Source: the human T2T-CHM13v2.0 reference genome, Homo sapiens
Assembly: GCF_009914755.1 (NCBI RefSeq)
Contig: NC_060940.1
DNA length: 64,000 bases
Strand: one strand, 5' to 3'
Shown here: positions 40,010 through 59,922 of the stretch, one piece after another
Layout: every line of letters begins with the position of its first letter
How positions within the stretch are numbered: position 1 is the first letter of the stretch
Made by a program: the position numbers and the translations under genes
The notes under the pieces: generated by a model
Databases searched by the model: none
Seen by the model: only the letters and a program-made list of their open reading frames with translations
What the model was told of the DNA's origin: nothing

Positions 40010-40523
40010 GTTCTCTGCACACAACTCCCTCGCTGCGCTCCCCAGCTCAGGCCTACCCAGGGACGAAGCTGGGGTTGCACACCGGCTCCGGGAATGGCGA
40101 AATACCGCAGATGGGGTGGTGGGGGTGGGAATATCGCGACCACCAGAGGCTGGGTTCCCGGAACGCTCGGGGACGGAGATGGCCAGCAACCACAAGGAAA
40201 TGGGGAATATGGGGAAGTTGCGCGGGCAGGACGGCACGGACGCCGCGGACGACCGGGCGCACAGGCCTGAGCGAGCGAGCGAGTGAGCGGGTGCCAAGCA
40301 AGAGACCCGCGGTGCACACCTTGCGCCCGGCCCGCCTGCTGCTCACAGTCCCTCCACGTACCCACAGGAGGCCCAGACTCAGCGGGGCGGGTGCAAGCGC
40401 GGGGCGGGGCCTCTGCGTCCGGTCCCATCTCCGCCTGCAAAAGGAGCAGCTGGCTCCAGGCTCCAACGTGCCTTCCAGCTGCCTGACTGCCTCTTCGCCT
40501 CTCCCGTCATTTCTTGGCTCGAA
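40010..40523 (+). promoter_or_regulatory. MT1L: MT1L CpG-island promoter
   Basis: MRE cores at 40016, 40076, 40389 (reverse); TTCCCGGAA 40155-40163; TATA position reads TGCAAAA (40436). Confidence 0.8.
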
Positions 40524-41641
<1,118 letters not shown>

Positions 41642-42352
41642 TGTGGGGACAGCCCTGCTCCCAGATGTAAACAGAGCAACCTGCACAAACCTGGATTTTT
41701 TTTTCATACAACCCTGAGCGTTTGCTACATTCCTTTTTCTATTAAATATGTAAACGACAATAAAACAGTTTTGACTTGATTCGGACCCTCCTTTCCTTTG
41801 TGTGGCTTTGAATTAATGGACCAGGGTTAGGGATTGAACCTGGAGTTTAGAGACCCAGGCTCTGGATGGACATGTGAGTCGCTAACAATCTGAGCGCCTC
41901 CTGACAAGCCAGGTTACCTCACTGAGCTTCATCTTCTATAAAAGGGAATTGCACTGTGCCAGGTCATAATGGGGGGACATCTATGATCACCTCTGGTCAT
42001 ATCAATTGTGGCACAGAAACTTCTCCATCTCTCGTTTTTATTTTCTGATTTCCCTGCCCAATTTCAGTTTCCTCTTCAGATTTTAGGCTTCAAAGAGATG
42101 ACAGGGGTGGAATCCAATTCCTCAGCTGCTTGATTCCCACACCGGGCTTCTCAAACTCCATGGTGAAGGAAATTTTTACTACCTATGCATCCCAGATATA
42201 AACCTTTTTTTTTTAATTTTGGCATGTAAAACACTGATTTCAGAAAATACACTTTTAAAACTTTGTTGTTTATACAAAAAGAGATACATTTCTCAGGAGG
42301 CAGATAGCAAAATGTCACTGTGGATCAGAGCCTGATGAAACTAGCAATTTTA

Positions 42353-42475
<123 letters not shown>

Positions 42476-42891
42476 CTATCTCAAAAAATAAAAAGTAAAA
42501 TAAAATAAAAATAAACTAACAATGTTTCAAAATCTGGTTACAAAGAAGAAAAGGGAAGCCATCTCAAGGCTGAGATGTTGCTACCTGCTCCCCCAACCCC
42601 CGACCCCTGACACCAAGTGACACTGAGGCTGGGGAAGGCTGCACGGCCTGAGCCTTGGTGCTCCAGATGGACACTTCTTTCAAAATCTTGGCTTTGGCCA
42701 AAACATGGCAAGTTGATGAGTAAACTGTCCTGCTGAGAGGTGTGGTGGAGGATACGTCCTCTTAGGTGGGAAGATAAAAATAATTATGTCAATGATGGAG
42801 AAAATGAAATCAAACACAAAATACAAAACACAATTTTTCACATTTAACAGGAAAGAATTCAATAAATGCATAAAGAAGTAACAGAAAAATT

Positions 42892-43286
<395 letters not shown>

Positions 43287-43341
43287 TCACACACTTTCAT
43301 CCGCACTGGCCACGACAACCTCACAAGGATACCATCAGCTG

Positions 43342-43730
43342 GGCTGAGGGCAATGGCTCAACCTTGTAATCCTAGCACTTTGAGAGGATGAGGCCAGCAG
43401 ATTGCTTGACCTCAGGAGTTCGAGACCTGCCGGGGCAACACAGCGAAACCTGTCTCTACAACAAGTGCAAAATTTAATTGGGCTTGGTGACGTGTGCCTG
43501 TACTCCCAGCTACTCAGGTGGGGGGTGAGGCGGGGGGGGTAAGGTGGGAGGATCTCTTGAGCCCAGGAGGTGAATGTTGCAGTGAGCAGAGATCTTGACA
43601 CTGCACTCCAGCCTGGTTGATAGAGCAAGACTCTGAAAGAAAGAAGAAAGAAGAAAGAAAGAAAGGAAGAAAGAAAGGAAGAAAGAAAGAAAGAAAAAAA
43701 GAAAGAAGAAAGAAAAAAGAAAAAAGGATA
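43342..43730 (+). mobile_element. AluJ with (GAAA)n tail
   Basis: Dimer with microsatellite tail at 43635-43725. Confidence 0.82.
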
Positions 43731-43832
43731 CAATTAGCTTTAGCCTGCCCAGCATCACAGGACACTTGCTGACACCTGAGAGTTCCCTGTTGTGACTTGG
43801 CTCTGAATCTTTGAAAGTTCTGCCCAAGCTCA

Positions 43833-44118
43833 TTCTCAGCAAACTATCGTAAGGACAAAAAATCAAACACCGCATGTTCTCACTCATAGGTGGGAATTGA
43901 ACAATGAGAACACATGGACAGGGAACATCACACACCAAGGGACTGTCGTGGGGTGGGGGGAGGGGGGAGGGATAGCATTTGGAGATATACCTAATGTAAA
44001 TGACGAGTTAATGGGTGCAGCACACCAACATGGCACATGTATACATATGTAACAAACCTGCACGTTGTGCACATGTACCCTAAAACTTAAAGTATAATAA
44101 CAATTAAAAAAAAAAAAA
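43833..44118 (+). mobile_element. Short 5'-truncated L1PA (L1PA4-like) 3' end
   Basis: L1 3'UTR and poly(A); direct repeat GAAAGTTCTGCCCAAGCTCA at 43813-43832 and 44119-44138. Confidence 0.93.
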
Positions 44119-44614
44119 GAAAGTTCTGCCCAAGCTCAAGCTGAATTTTCCCTTTCAAATTTCAGCCCTTGACTGTATCAATCCATCAAAGTGACTGGGG
44201 CTGTGGAGGGAAGAGCCGAGCATTTTCCCAGCAAGATGCAGTGTGTGTAATCATGGGTTGCAGATGTTCCTGTTTGCCCTTGCAGGAGTGATAGCAGGTC
44301 CTGCAGTTTGGGGAGTGTGGGGGTGCTCATTAGGAAAGAGTGAGGCCCTAGCTGACTTCTAATTAAAGCCAATGATTAGTGCTCCCTGGCTATGTGGAGG
44401 GAATCCTATTTGATGTTCAATCAAAGAGAAAGATGAGTCTCTTGGCCTAGAGGTCAGGGCCCACTTACTCCCTGTTTCCCTGTGACGAGATTTCAGAAGG
44501 CAGCCTGAGCCTAGGGCATGGGTTTTGCTGTCAGGCAGTCCTGGTTCACAGCCTACTTCATCACCGAAAAAAAAAAAAAAAAAAAGTGAGAGTCTCATCT
44601 CTGAAAGAGAAAAA

Positions 44615-46470
44615 AAGCAACTTTGGAACTGGGTAACAGGCAAGAGTTGGAACAGTTTGGAGGGCTCAGAAGAAGAAAGAAAAATGTGGGAAAGTTTGGA
44701 ACTTCCTAGAGACTTGTTGAATGGCTTTGCCCAAAATACTGATAGTGATACAGACGATAAAGTCCAGGCTGAGGTAGTCTTATATGGAAATGAGGGACTT
44801 GCTGGGAACTGGAGCAAAGGTGACTTTTGTTATGTTTTAGCAAAGACACTGGTGGCATTTTGCATTTGCCCTAGAGATATGAGGAACTTTGAACTTGAGA
44901 GAGATGATTTAGGGTGTCTGGTGGAAGAAATTTCTAAGCAGCAAAACATTCAAGAGGTGACTTGTGTGCTATTAAAGGCATTCAGAATTATAAGGGGAAC
45001 AGAGCATAAAAGCTTGGAAAATTTGCACCCTGACAATGCAATAGAAAAAAAAAATCCCATTTTCTGAGGAGAAATTCAAGCTGGCAGCAAAAATTTGCAT
45101 AAATAACAAGGAGCAGAATGTTAATCCCCAAGACAATGGGGAAAATGTCTCCAGGGCATGTCAGAGGACTTCACAGCAGCCCCTCCCATCACAGGCCCAA
45201 AGGCCTAGGAGGAAAAGTGGTTTCATGAGCCGGGTCTAGGGTCCCTGTGCTGTGTGCAGCCTAGGGACTTCGTGCCCTGCATCCCAGCCACTCCAGCCAT
45301 GGCTAAAAGAGGCCAATGTAAAGCTCTGGTCGTGGCTTCAGAGGGTGCAAGCCCCAAGCCTTGGCAGCTTCCACATGATGTTGAGCCTGTGAGTGCACAG
45401 AAGTCAAGAATTGGGAACCTCTGCCTAGATTTCGGAAGTTGTATGGAAATGCAGAAGTTTGTTGTAGGAGTGGGGCCCTCATGGAGAACCTCTGCTAGGG
45501 CAGTGTGGAAGAGAATGTGGGGTCAGAGCCCTCACAGAGTCCCTACTGGGGCACCGGCTAGTGGAGCTGTGAGAAGATGGCCACCATCCTCCAGACCCCA
45601 GAATGGTAGATCCGCCAGCGGCTTTCACCATGTGCCTGGAAAAGCCACAGACACTCAATGCTAGCCCATGTAAGCAACCAGGAGGGGGGCTGTAAAGCCA
45701 CAGGGGCAGAGCTGCCCAAGACCATGGGAACCTACCTCTTGCATCAGCATGACCTGGATGTGAGACCTGGAGTCAAAGGAGATCATTTTGGAGCTCTAAG
45801 ATTTGACTGCCCTGCTGGATTTTTGACTTTTATGGGGCCTGTAGCCCCTTTATTTTGGCCAATGTCTCCCATTTGGAATTGCTGTATTTACCCAATGCCT
45901 GTAGCACCATTGTATCTAGGAAGTAACGAATTTGCTTTTGATTTTTCAGGCTCATAGGCAGAAGGGACTTGCCTTGTCTCAGATAATACTTTGGACTGTG
46001 GACTTTTGAGTTAATGCTAAAGTGAGTTGAGACTTTGGGGGACTGTGGGGAGGGCATGATTGGTTTCAAAATGTGAGGACCTGAGATTTGGGAGGGGCTA
46101 GAAGTGGAAAGATATGGTTTGGCTGTGCTTCTACCCGAATCTCATCTTAAATTTTAATTCCCGCAACTCCAAAGTGTCATGGGAGGAACCTAGTGGGAGG
46201 TAATTGAATCATGGGGGCAGGTCTTTCCTGTGCTGTCCTCGTGATAATGAATGAATCTTATGAGATCTGATGGTTTTAAAAATGGAAGTTTCCGGGCACA
46301 AGCTCTCTCTTTGCCTGCTCCCATCCATGTAAGACATGACTTGCTCCTCCTTGCCTTCCGCCATGATTGTGAGGCCTCCCAGCCATGTGGACCTGTAAGT
46401 CCATTTCTTTTGTAGATTGCCCAGTCTCGGGTATGTCTTTTATCAGCAGTGTGAAAACAAACTAATACAA
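44615..46470 (+). mobile_element. THE1 (MaLR) internal region plus 3' LTR; 5' LTR absent
   Basis: THE1-int sequence (ORF remnant WVTGKSWNSLEGSEE) followed by an LTR at about 46110-46470 ending AACTAATACA. Confidence 0.88.
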
Positions 46471-47055
46471 TGGGTGAGGGCATGAAGCTGCAGACAGCAT
46501 GCATGAGTGCACATCCCACCTGTCACTTTTAGCTGTGCCTCACAACCTCTCTGTGTCTCCTGTAATAGGAGCATAATAATGGCATCTGGATTGTAAGATG
46601 AAAGAATTTTATACATGTAAGGAGCTTAGAATGCTGCTTGGCAAGCATTCTACAATATTAGCTATTGCTTTTTTTAAAAAAAAATAATAATCATACATCG
46701 CATGGGGGATATTTACTTACAGACAAAGAAGCCAGGCCTGGAGTGCCTAGCTGTGTATGCTCTCATTGTCATCTGCCACATGAACATGTGTCATGTGGTC
46801 CAAAGAGAGTCATTCACTGCTCCCACAAAATCATCATCAACACAGGGTTATTAAGCTACGAGCAAGATTCTCTGCCTCATGTCAGATATAAAATGACTGG
46901 CATTTCTGTTACCACCTGCACACTTTACTTATCATTTTATATTTAAATGATTAATATTTTCTTAAATATATTTGTATGAAAAGCAAACTCTTTTCCATCA
47001 CCAAAAATGAAAATCGGTCCTATCCATACATACAAGATAGCTAGGAAAACTATAA

Positions 47056-47128
<73 letters not shown>
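47056..47128. repeat. Compound (TG)n(TA)n microsatellite
   Basis: Seen directly; paralogous (TG)n at about 53985-54016. Confidence 0.97.
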
Positions 47129-47131
<3 letters not shown>

Positions 47132-47501
47132 CACTTATGGATTGCTTTTGCCACTGCCCATGGTTGAGCTTGTGGCTTGCCATTGTTTAGAAGATTTCCA
47201 GCAAGAGAGAAGTGCTGATGACATACCTGGGCCAAAGGAAGGCTTGATCCATGGACACTTTCTCTTGAGGGGTTGGCTGGATTCAAATCAGTGACAATTT
47301 TTCAGCTCTGTGACTTGAACCAATTACTTTAACTCTGTAGTAGCTGTCTGTTTAGTAATACAAGTTCATAAATCGTATTTTTCTTTAAGATCACAAAGCA
47401 AGTGGTTAAAAAGAGATCGGCACAGACTCAGTGTTGTGCATTCAGCCGGGAATATTGAAGAGATCAGCAATATTGAAGAGAAATAACCATTTATCTTGCT
47501 T

Positions 47502-47827
47502 TCTTTTTTTCCTTTCTTTCTTTTTCTTTTTTTCTCTTTCTTCTTTTTCTGTTTTTTTTTTTTTTTTTTTTTTTTTGACGTGCAGTGGCGCGATCTTGGC
47601 TCACTGCAAGCTCCACTTCCCGGGTTGACGCCATTCTCCTGCTTCAGCCTCCCCAGTAGCTGAGACTACAGGCACCCGCCACCAAGTCCAGCTAATTTTT
47701 TGTATTTTTAGTAGAGGCGGGGTTTCACCATGTTAGCCAGGATGGTCTCCATCTCCTGACCTCGTGATCCGCCCGCCTCGGCCTCCCAAAGTGCTGGGAT
47801 AACAGGTGTGAGCCACCGCTCCCGGCC
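47502..47827 (-). mobile_element. AluY
   Basis: Reverse Alu; TSD TATCTTGCTT. Confidence 0.85.
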
Positions 47828-48249
47828 TATCTTGCTTTTTAATTTTATTTTTTTAGAGACGTTCACTCCCTATGTTGCCCAGGCTGGACTCGAACTCCTA
47901 GGCTCAAGTGATCCTCCCAAGTAGCTGGGACTACAGCAGTAGGCGCCACCTCGCCCACCTTGCTTTTTAATTTAAAGCAGGGTCTGCATATCATCTGAAG
48001 TAATCTCTCTTTGGGGACACCCCGCATGTCCAGAACTGCCATCCGGTATTGTGGTGGCCCTAAGGCTAGGGGGAGCATGGAGACTTAAGTGCAAAGGAGG
48101 ACCTGGACAAATGTGCCCACACATCCTCTCAGGCGAGGAGAATGGACAGGAGAGAGAGGCCGATCCGTGTTCCCCGTGTTGCTATGTAAGGAGGTGCGGG
48201 ACCGAGGAACCTAGGTGTGGACAGGGACAGGCAAGGCGGGGGACGAAGA

Positions 48250-48816
48250 GAAATGAAAGCCACATCGGTGGCGGATGTTCTGAACACAACTCGCTCGCTA
48301 CCGCACGTTCCCCGCTCCGCACTCAGCGGATCCCGGGACGGCAGCAGGTGGGCTGCACACGGACTCTGGGACAAGTCGAGCTGAAAACCGCGGAGCTAGG
48401 GGTGGGGTGGAGACGCCCGCGACGCCAAGGCTGGGGTCCCGGAACACGCTGGGAGGAGGGTGGAAGGCAACCTCGGGGAAACTGGGAAAGGCGGCCTGGA
48501 CTTCGGGAACACCGCGTACCTGCGGGGGCACAGCCCCACCCGAGCGAACGGGCTCCAAAGGGGAGGTCCCGCGGTGCCCACCGCGCAGAGCTCAGGGGGT
48601 GGTGCGCCCGGCCCTTCTGCGGCGCACAGCCCAGCCCAGGAACGCGGGCGGTGCGGACTCAGCGGGCCGGGTGCAGGCGCGGAGCTGGGCCTCTGCGCCC
48701 GGCCCGACCTCCGTCTATAAATAGAGCAGCCAGTTGCAGGGCTCCATTCTGCTTTCCAACTGCCTGACTGCTTGTTCGTCTCACTGGTGTGAGCTCCAGC
48801 ATCCCCTTTGCTCGAA
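48250..48816 (+). promoter_or_regulatory. MT1E: MT1E CpG-island promoter
   Basis: MRE cores at 48354, 48669 (reverse), 48694; TATAAA 48716-48721. Confidence 0.88.
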
Positions 48817-49936
<1,120 letters not shown>

Positions 49937-50397
49937 TGTGGGAACAGCTCTTCTCCCAGATGTAAATAGAACAACCTGCACAACCTGGATTTTTTTAAAA
50001 ATACAACACTGAGCCATTTGCTGCATTTCTTTTTATACTAAATATGTGACTGACAATAAAAACAATTTTGACTTTAATCTTACTCTGTTCTTCTTTGTGT
50101 GTCTTGGAAAAAACGGACTGGGTGGGGGTTGAACCGGGATTTTAGAGACCAGGCTCTGGATGGAAATGTGAGCCACTAGCAATGTGAACACTTTCAGGCC
50201 AGCCAGGTTACCTCACTGAGTTTACACTTCTGTAAGATGGCATTCCACTGTGCACACCATATTGGTGGGGGGGCATATATGATCGCTTCCAGTCTCATGT
50301 AAAATGTGGCACAGAAACTCCTTCCCTCCTTTTTATTTTCTGATTTTCCTGCTCAACTTCAGATCCACATTGGATTTTAGGCTTAAAATCGGCTACA

Positions 50398-51522
<1,125 letters not shown>

Positions 51523-51531
51523 CTACAAGTG

Positions 51532-51870
51532 TGCTATGATTTGGATGTTTTGTCACTACTAAATCTCATGTCGAAATGTGACTTCCAATATTGCAGGTGG
51601 GGCCTAGTGGGAACTTTGGGGTCATGAGCACAGATCCCTAAAGAATGGCTTGGTGCCATCCCGTGGTGAAGAGTGAGTTCTTCCTCTAGTAGCTCACTCC
51701 AGAGCTGGCTGTTTAAAAGAGCCAGGCATCATCCCTTTTTCTCTCTTGTTTCTTGTCTCTCTACGTGATGTGCCTGCTCCCTGTTGGCCTTCTGCCAGGA
51801 AGGTAGGCTTCCTGCGGCCCTCACCAGAGGCAGATGCCTGTACCACACTTATGCACAGCCTGCAGAAGCT
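51532..51870 (+). mobile_element. MST-family LTR (truncated); paralogous copies at about 57321-57503 and 60425-60607
   Basis: TGCTATGATTTGGATGTTTTGTCAC...AAATCTCATG start shared by three MT1 units. Confidence 0.75.
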
Positions 51871-53984
51871 TAAGAGAATCGCTTGAACCCCGAAGGCAGA
51901 GGATGCAGTGAGCCAAGACTGCACCACGGCACTCCAGCCTGGGCAACTGAGACTCTGTCTCAAAGAAAGAAAAGAAAGGAAACAGCAAACTGGCCCCAGT
52001 GTGTGGTTCACACACCTTGAGCAGCACTGCCCAGCACATCCCCACAAAAAACCCTCAGGCTTGGTCTGCCCAGTGTCACTAACAGGACACTCGTTGACCC
52101 CTGAGAGCTCCCTGTTGTGACTTGGCTCTGAATCTTTGGAAATTCCTCCCAAGCTCAGGCTGAATTTGTTCCTCTTTCAAATTTCAGCCCTTGACTACTT
52201 CCAACCACTAAAGTGACTGGGAATATGGAAGGAAATGCCCGGCATGTTCCTGGCACAATGAAGTGTGTGTGATCATGGGTTCCACATGAATACCTCACAC
52301 CTGCCCATGCAGGAATGATGGCGGATTCTGCAGTTTGGAGGGTGTGCTGGTGGTCATTAGGAAGGAGTGAGGCCCTGGCTGACTTCTAATTAAAGCCAAT
52401 GATTAGTTCCCTCGGCTATGTGGAGGGAATCCTATTTGACATTCAGTCAAAGAGGAAGATGATCCTCCTGACCTAGAGGTCAGGACCATGCTTGCCCACT
52501 GCTTCCCTGTGAAGAGTAGATTTCAGAAGGCAGCCTGTGCCTAGGGCATGGGTTTTGGTGTCAGGCAGTCCTGGTTCACAGCCCACCTCACCACGTACTG
52601 GCTGTGTGGCCTGAGTGCATCACTGAAACTCTCTGAGCCTCCAGTTCCTTATTTGTAGAAAGCAGATTATATCTCAAAGCAGGGATTAAATGACAGCATG
52701 GTCTGGCCCCTGGCTAGGGTTTAATAAATAGCAGTTATAAGCATTCTCTCTACACTGGCTTTTTTGGAAAATGAACCCTGTTAAATCTCAAAGATAAGAG
52801 AAACCTTATGGGTTTGAAAGCATTACTGTGGATTGGATACTGGCAATCGGATTGCAACCAGGCTGACCCTGCCAGGAGGCGTGTGGGTGACCTTCTGCGG
52901 AAAGTCCTTGTCGATAACATGCTGCCCCTACATTTGAGCAGACATAAAAATCCGTTCCCATCCTTCATATCATCTGATCACACGACCTCAGGAACGAGAG
53001 CCACAGGCCTCAAGACTGGGACAGCAAATATGCAGGGCCTGGAGTGCTTATGCTGTCTTCCAGATTAGTTAAGTAACCTACCCAATGTCACACAGCTCAG
53101 AAGTAAAGGGATGAATGAACCTATGCTAAACCTGGCCTGTGGCCCTGGCCACAGCTGGTAGATTATGATGCCACGGGATGCTAAATCTTGCCTATCTCAG
53201 TTCAAAGATACAAAGACTCTTTGGGATGGATGAATGTTGCTCTCGGCTTGAGAGATGAGAACTGAAACCCAGAGATGTCACAGAGCTGTGCAGGGGGACA
53301 TTCCTGTCCACAGAGTGCACTTCCTATTGCTGCCTCTGTGCTAGATTTTCAGTGTCATTATCTTTCATGTGACTTAGTGGCATAGAGTGGTAGCTGAGGG
53401 TACGATGCTGCCATCAGAATGCATGAGTGCAAATCCCACCTCTGTTAGTTTCAGCTGCATGGCACAACCTCTCTGTGGCTCAGTCTCCTCCACTGTACAA
53501 GGGGCATGATACTAACCTCTGGCTTGTAGGATTAAAGGATTTAATACATATCAGGAACTTAGAATGGTACCAGGGGTGGGTGGTCTACAATATTAGCTAT
53601 TGCTTATTTTGTTCATTCTATGGAGCATAGGGGATATTTATTTATTTATTTGCACATAAAGGCCTGGAGTGCTCAGCTGTGTATCCTGTTATCCTCATCT
53701 ACCGCATGAGCATGTGTCCTGTGGTCTAAAGAGAGCCATTCAGTGTTCCCACAAAATTGTTATCAACACTAGGGTTATAAAGCTATGAGGAAGATTCTGT
53801 GCTTCATGTCAGATACAGAAGAATGACTGCCATTTCTGTTACCACCTGCACCATCCCTTAGTTAATATTTTACCTTGAAATGATCAATACTTCTTAAACA
53901 TATTTTTATGAAAAGCAAATTATTTTCCACCTGAGAAAATGAAATCCAATCTTGTCTTACACATGGAAGATAGCCCCCAAATTA

Positions 53985-54018
<34 letters not shown>

Positions 54019-54079
54019 TACACTTATGGATTGCTTTTGCCACTGCCCATCAGAGAGCTGGTAGCTTCCTGTTGTTTAT

Positions 54080-54378
54080 TTGAGGGTTTTTGGTTGTTTT
54101 TGTTTGTTGAGACAGAGTTTTACCCCTGTCAGCCAGCTGGAGTACAATGGCCCAATCTGCCACCTCTGCCTCCCGGGTTCAAACGATTTTCCTGCCCAAG
54201 CCTCCCCAGTAGCTGGGATTACAGGCAACTGCCACCATGCCAGGATAATTTTTGTATTTTTAGTGGAGACAGGGTTTCGCCATGTTAGCCAGGCTGGTCT
54301 CCAACTCCTGACCTCAGGTGATTCATCCGCCTCGGCCTTCGTAAGTGCTGGGATTACAGGTGTGGGCCGCGGTGCCCT
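54080..54378 (-). mobile_element. AluS
   Basis: Reverse dimer; TSD CCTGTTGTTTA. Confidence 0.85.
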
Positions 54379-55049
54379 TCCCCTGTTGTTTAGAAGATTT
54401 CCAGCAATAGAGAAGTGCTGACGACATATCTGGACCAAAGGAAGGCTTGATCATGGACACTTTCCTTTAAGAGGCTGGCTGGACTTAAACAAGGGCACAA
54501 ATTTTTAGCTCTGTGACGACCAGCCAGTTACTTGGACATTTCCTTTGTAGTCCTGTGATGAGCAAAACGGGTTCATAACTAGTATTTCCCTTTAGGATTG
54601 CTGTGAGGATTCAAAGAATGAAAGAGATTAAAAAGGGACTGGTGTAGACTCAATGTCATGCAATAGTCAGGTATACTGAAGAGAAACAACTGCATGTCTT
54701 GCTTTTTAATTTTATTATTTTAGAGATGCTGACTTGCTATGTGGACTAGGCAGAACTCGAACTCCTGGGCTCAGGTGATCCTCCCGCCTCAGCCTCCTAA
54801 GTAGCTGGGACTACAGCTTCCCGCGACCTCACCCATCTTGCTTTTTAATTTAAAGCAGAGTCTGCATATCATCTGAAGTCATCTCTCTTTGGGGACATCC
54901 CACAGGTCCAGAACTGCCAGACGGTAGTGGGGTGGCCGGCTAGGCTGTGGGGAGCATGGAGATTTATCTGCAAAGGAGGACCTGGACAAATGTTCCCCCA
55001 CATCCTCTCAGGCGAAGAGAATGGACGGGAGAGAGAGGCCGACCAGTGT

Positions 55050-55710
55050 TCCCCGTGTTGCTGTGTACGGAGGAGCCAGTCCGAGGGACCGCGGTGTGGA
55101 CAGGGACAGGCAAGGCGGGGAAGGAGGAGAAACGAAAGCCACATTGGTGGCGGGTGCTCTGCACACGACTCGCTCCCTACCACACGCCCCCCGCTCCGCA
55201 CACGACCGATCCGGGGACTGGAGCAGGAGGGCTGCACCGGGACTCCGGGACAGGCCCAGTTGAAAACGGCGGGGCGAGGGGGTGGGGTGGAGACGCCCGC
55301 GACGCCAAGGCTGGGGTCCCGGAAAGCGCGGGGAGGAGGGTGGAAGGCAAAGGCAACTTCGGGGAAACTGGGAAAGGCGGCCGGGACCTCGGGGACACTG
55401 CGTACCACCCGGCGCACAGCCCCTCCCGCGCAAACCCGAGCCAAAGGGGCGGTCGAGCGGCGCTCTCGGAGCGGAGCTCAGGGGATGGTGCGCCCGGCAC
55501 TTATGCTGGGCACAGCCCAGCCCAGCCCAGGACCGCTGGCGGTGCGAACCCAGCCGGGCGGGTGCAAGCGCGGGGCAGGGCCTCTGCGCCCGGCCCCCTC
55601 CCCTGAGTAGAAAAGCAGCCGCAGGCTGTGGCGCTCCACCACGCCGTCCGGGTGGGCCTAGCAGTCGCTCCATTTATCGCTTGAGATCTCCAGCCTTACC
55701 GCGGCTCGAA
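55050..55710 (+). promoter_or_regulatory. MT1M: MT1M CpG-island promoter
   Basis: MRE cores at 55160, 55560 (reverse), 55585; TAGAAAA at the TATA position (55608). Confidence 0.82.
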
Positions 55711-56821
<1,111 letters not shown>

Positions 56822-57730
56822 TGTGGGAACAGCTCTTCTCCCAGATGTTAATAGAACAAGCTGCACAACCTGGATTTTTTTTCAATACGATACTGAGCCA
56901 TTTGCTGCATTTCTTTTTATGTTAAATATGTGAGTGACAATAAAACAATTTTGACTTGAATCTTACTCTGTTCTTCTTTGTGTGCCTTGGAAAAAATGGA
57001 CTGGGTGGGGGTTAAACTGGGAGTTTAGAGACCAGTCTCTGGATGAAAATGTGAGTCACTAACAATGTGAACACCTTCAGGCCAGCCAGGTTACTCACTG
57101 AGTTCACCCTTCTGTAAAACGGTATTGCATTGTGCACACCATATGGGTGCGGGCCATACATGATCGCTTTTAGTGTGATTCCAAATGTGGTACAGAAACT
57201 TCATCCCTTATTTTTATTTTCTGATTTTCCTCCACAACTTGAGATCCACATTGGATTTTAGGCTTAAAAGTGGCTATAGTGCTGGAACCCAACTTCTTAG
57301 TTTCTTGAATCCTACACGGGTGTTATGATTTAGATATTTTGTCACTGCCAAATCTCATGTTGAAATGTGTCCTCCACTATTGCAGGTGGGGTCTAGTGGG
57401 AGCTTTTGGGGCCATGAGGACAGATCCCTAAAGAATGGCTTGGTGCCCTCCCATGGTGAAGGGTGAGTTTTTCCTTTGGTAGGTCACTCCAGAGCTGTCT
57501 GTCAAAGTGATTAGAAAGGGACAGGTATAGACTCAATGTTATGCCTTAGTCAGGTATACTTCAGAGAAATAACTGGATGTCTTGCTTTTTAATTTTATTT
57601 TTTTAGAGACGTTGACTCACTATGTGGACTAGGCAGGACATGAAGTCCTGGGCTCAAGTGATCCTCCCGCCTCAGCCTCCTAAGTAGCTGGGACTTCAGC
57701 TTCCCGCCACCTTCCCCACCTTGCTTTTTT

Positions 57731-57920
57731 TCTTTTTCTTTTTCTTTCTTTCTTTCTTTTTTTTTGGGTGGGGGGACCGAGTCTCGCTTTGTCGCCCAGG
57801 CTGGAGTGCAGTGGCGCTATTTCGGCTCAGGGCAAGCTCCGCCTCTGCGTTCATGCCATTCTCCCGCTTCAGCCACGGGATAGCTGGGACTACAGGTGCC
57901 CCCCACCACGCCCGGCTAAT
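57731..57920 (-). mobile_element. 5'-truncated AluY (right arm)
   Basis: Present only in the MT1JP upstream copy; flanked by CCCA(C/T)CTTGCTTTTT. Confidence 0.8.
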
Positions 57921-58099
57921 TTCCCATCTTGCTTTTTAATTTAAAGTAGGGTCTGCATATCATCTGAACTCATCTCTCTTTGGGGACAGCCCACAGGTCC
58001 AGAACTGCCAGCCGGTAGTAGGGGTGGCCGGCTAGGCTGTGGGGAGCATGGAGATTTATCAGCAAAGGACGACCTGGACAAATGTGCCCACACATCCTC

Positions 58100-58796
58100 T
58101 CAGGCGAGGAGAATCGACGGGAGAGAGAGGCCGACCCGTGTTCCCCGTGTTGCTGTGTACGGAGGAGCGGGTCCGAGGGACCGCGGTGTGGACAGGGACA
58201 GGCAAGGCGGGAGATGAGGAGAAACGAAAGCCACATCGGTGGCGGGTGCTCTGCACACAACTCGCTGGCTACCGCACGCTCCCCGCTTCCCACTCAGCCG
58301 ATCCGGGGACAGGAGCAGGAGGGCTGCACCGGGACTCCGGGACAGGCCCAGCTGAAAACGGCGAAGCGAGGGATGGGGTGGAGACGCCCGCGACGCCAAG
58401 GCTGGGGTCCCGGAAAGCGCGGGGAGGAGGGTGGAAGGCAAAGGCAACTTCAGGGAAACTGGGAAAGGCGGCCAGGACCTCGGGGACACCGCATACCGCC
58501 GGGCGCACAGCCCCTCACGCGCGAAGGGGCGCCAGAAGGGCGGTCCCGCGGCGCGCCGGGAGTGGAGCTCAGGGGTTGGTGCCCCCGGCCCTTCTGCTGC
58601 GCACAGGCCAGCCCAGGACCGCTGGGGGCTCGAACCCAGCGGGGCGGGTGCAAGCGCGGGGCAAGGCCTCTGCGCCCGGCCCCCTTCCTTGAGTAGGAAA
58701 GCAGCCGCAGGTTGTGGCGCTCCACCACGCCGTCCACGTGCGCCTTGCGGTCTCTCCATTTATCGCTTGAGATCTCCAGCCTTACCGCGGCTCGAA
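58100..58796 (+). promoter_or_regulatory. MT1JP: MT1JP CpG-island promoter
   Basis: MRE cores at 58252, 58646 (reverse), 58671; TAGGAAA at the TATA position (58694). Confidence 0.78.

Positions 58797-59922
<1,126 letters not shown>

Noticed and set aside
41642-41770. SECIS element that would make MT1L (or MT1JP) a selenoprotein
   Set aside because: No AUGA...AA...GA kink-turn stem-loop is visible in either short 3'UTR, and the UTRs resemble those of paralogs without an internal UGA. A SECISearch run would settle it.
44525-45957. ORFs of 180, 136 and 99 aa
   Set aside because: Broken remnants of the MaLR/THE1 internal ORF.
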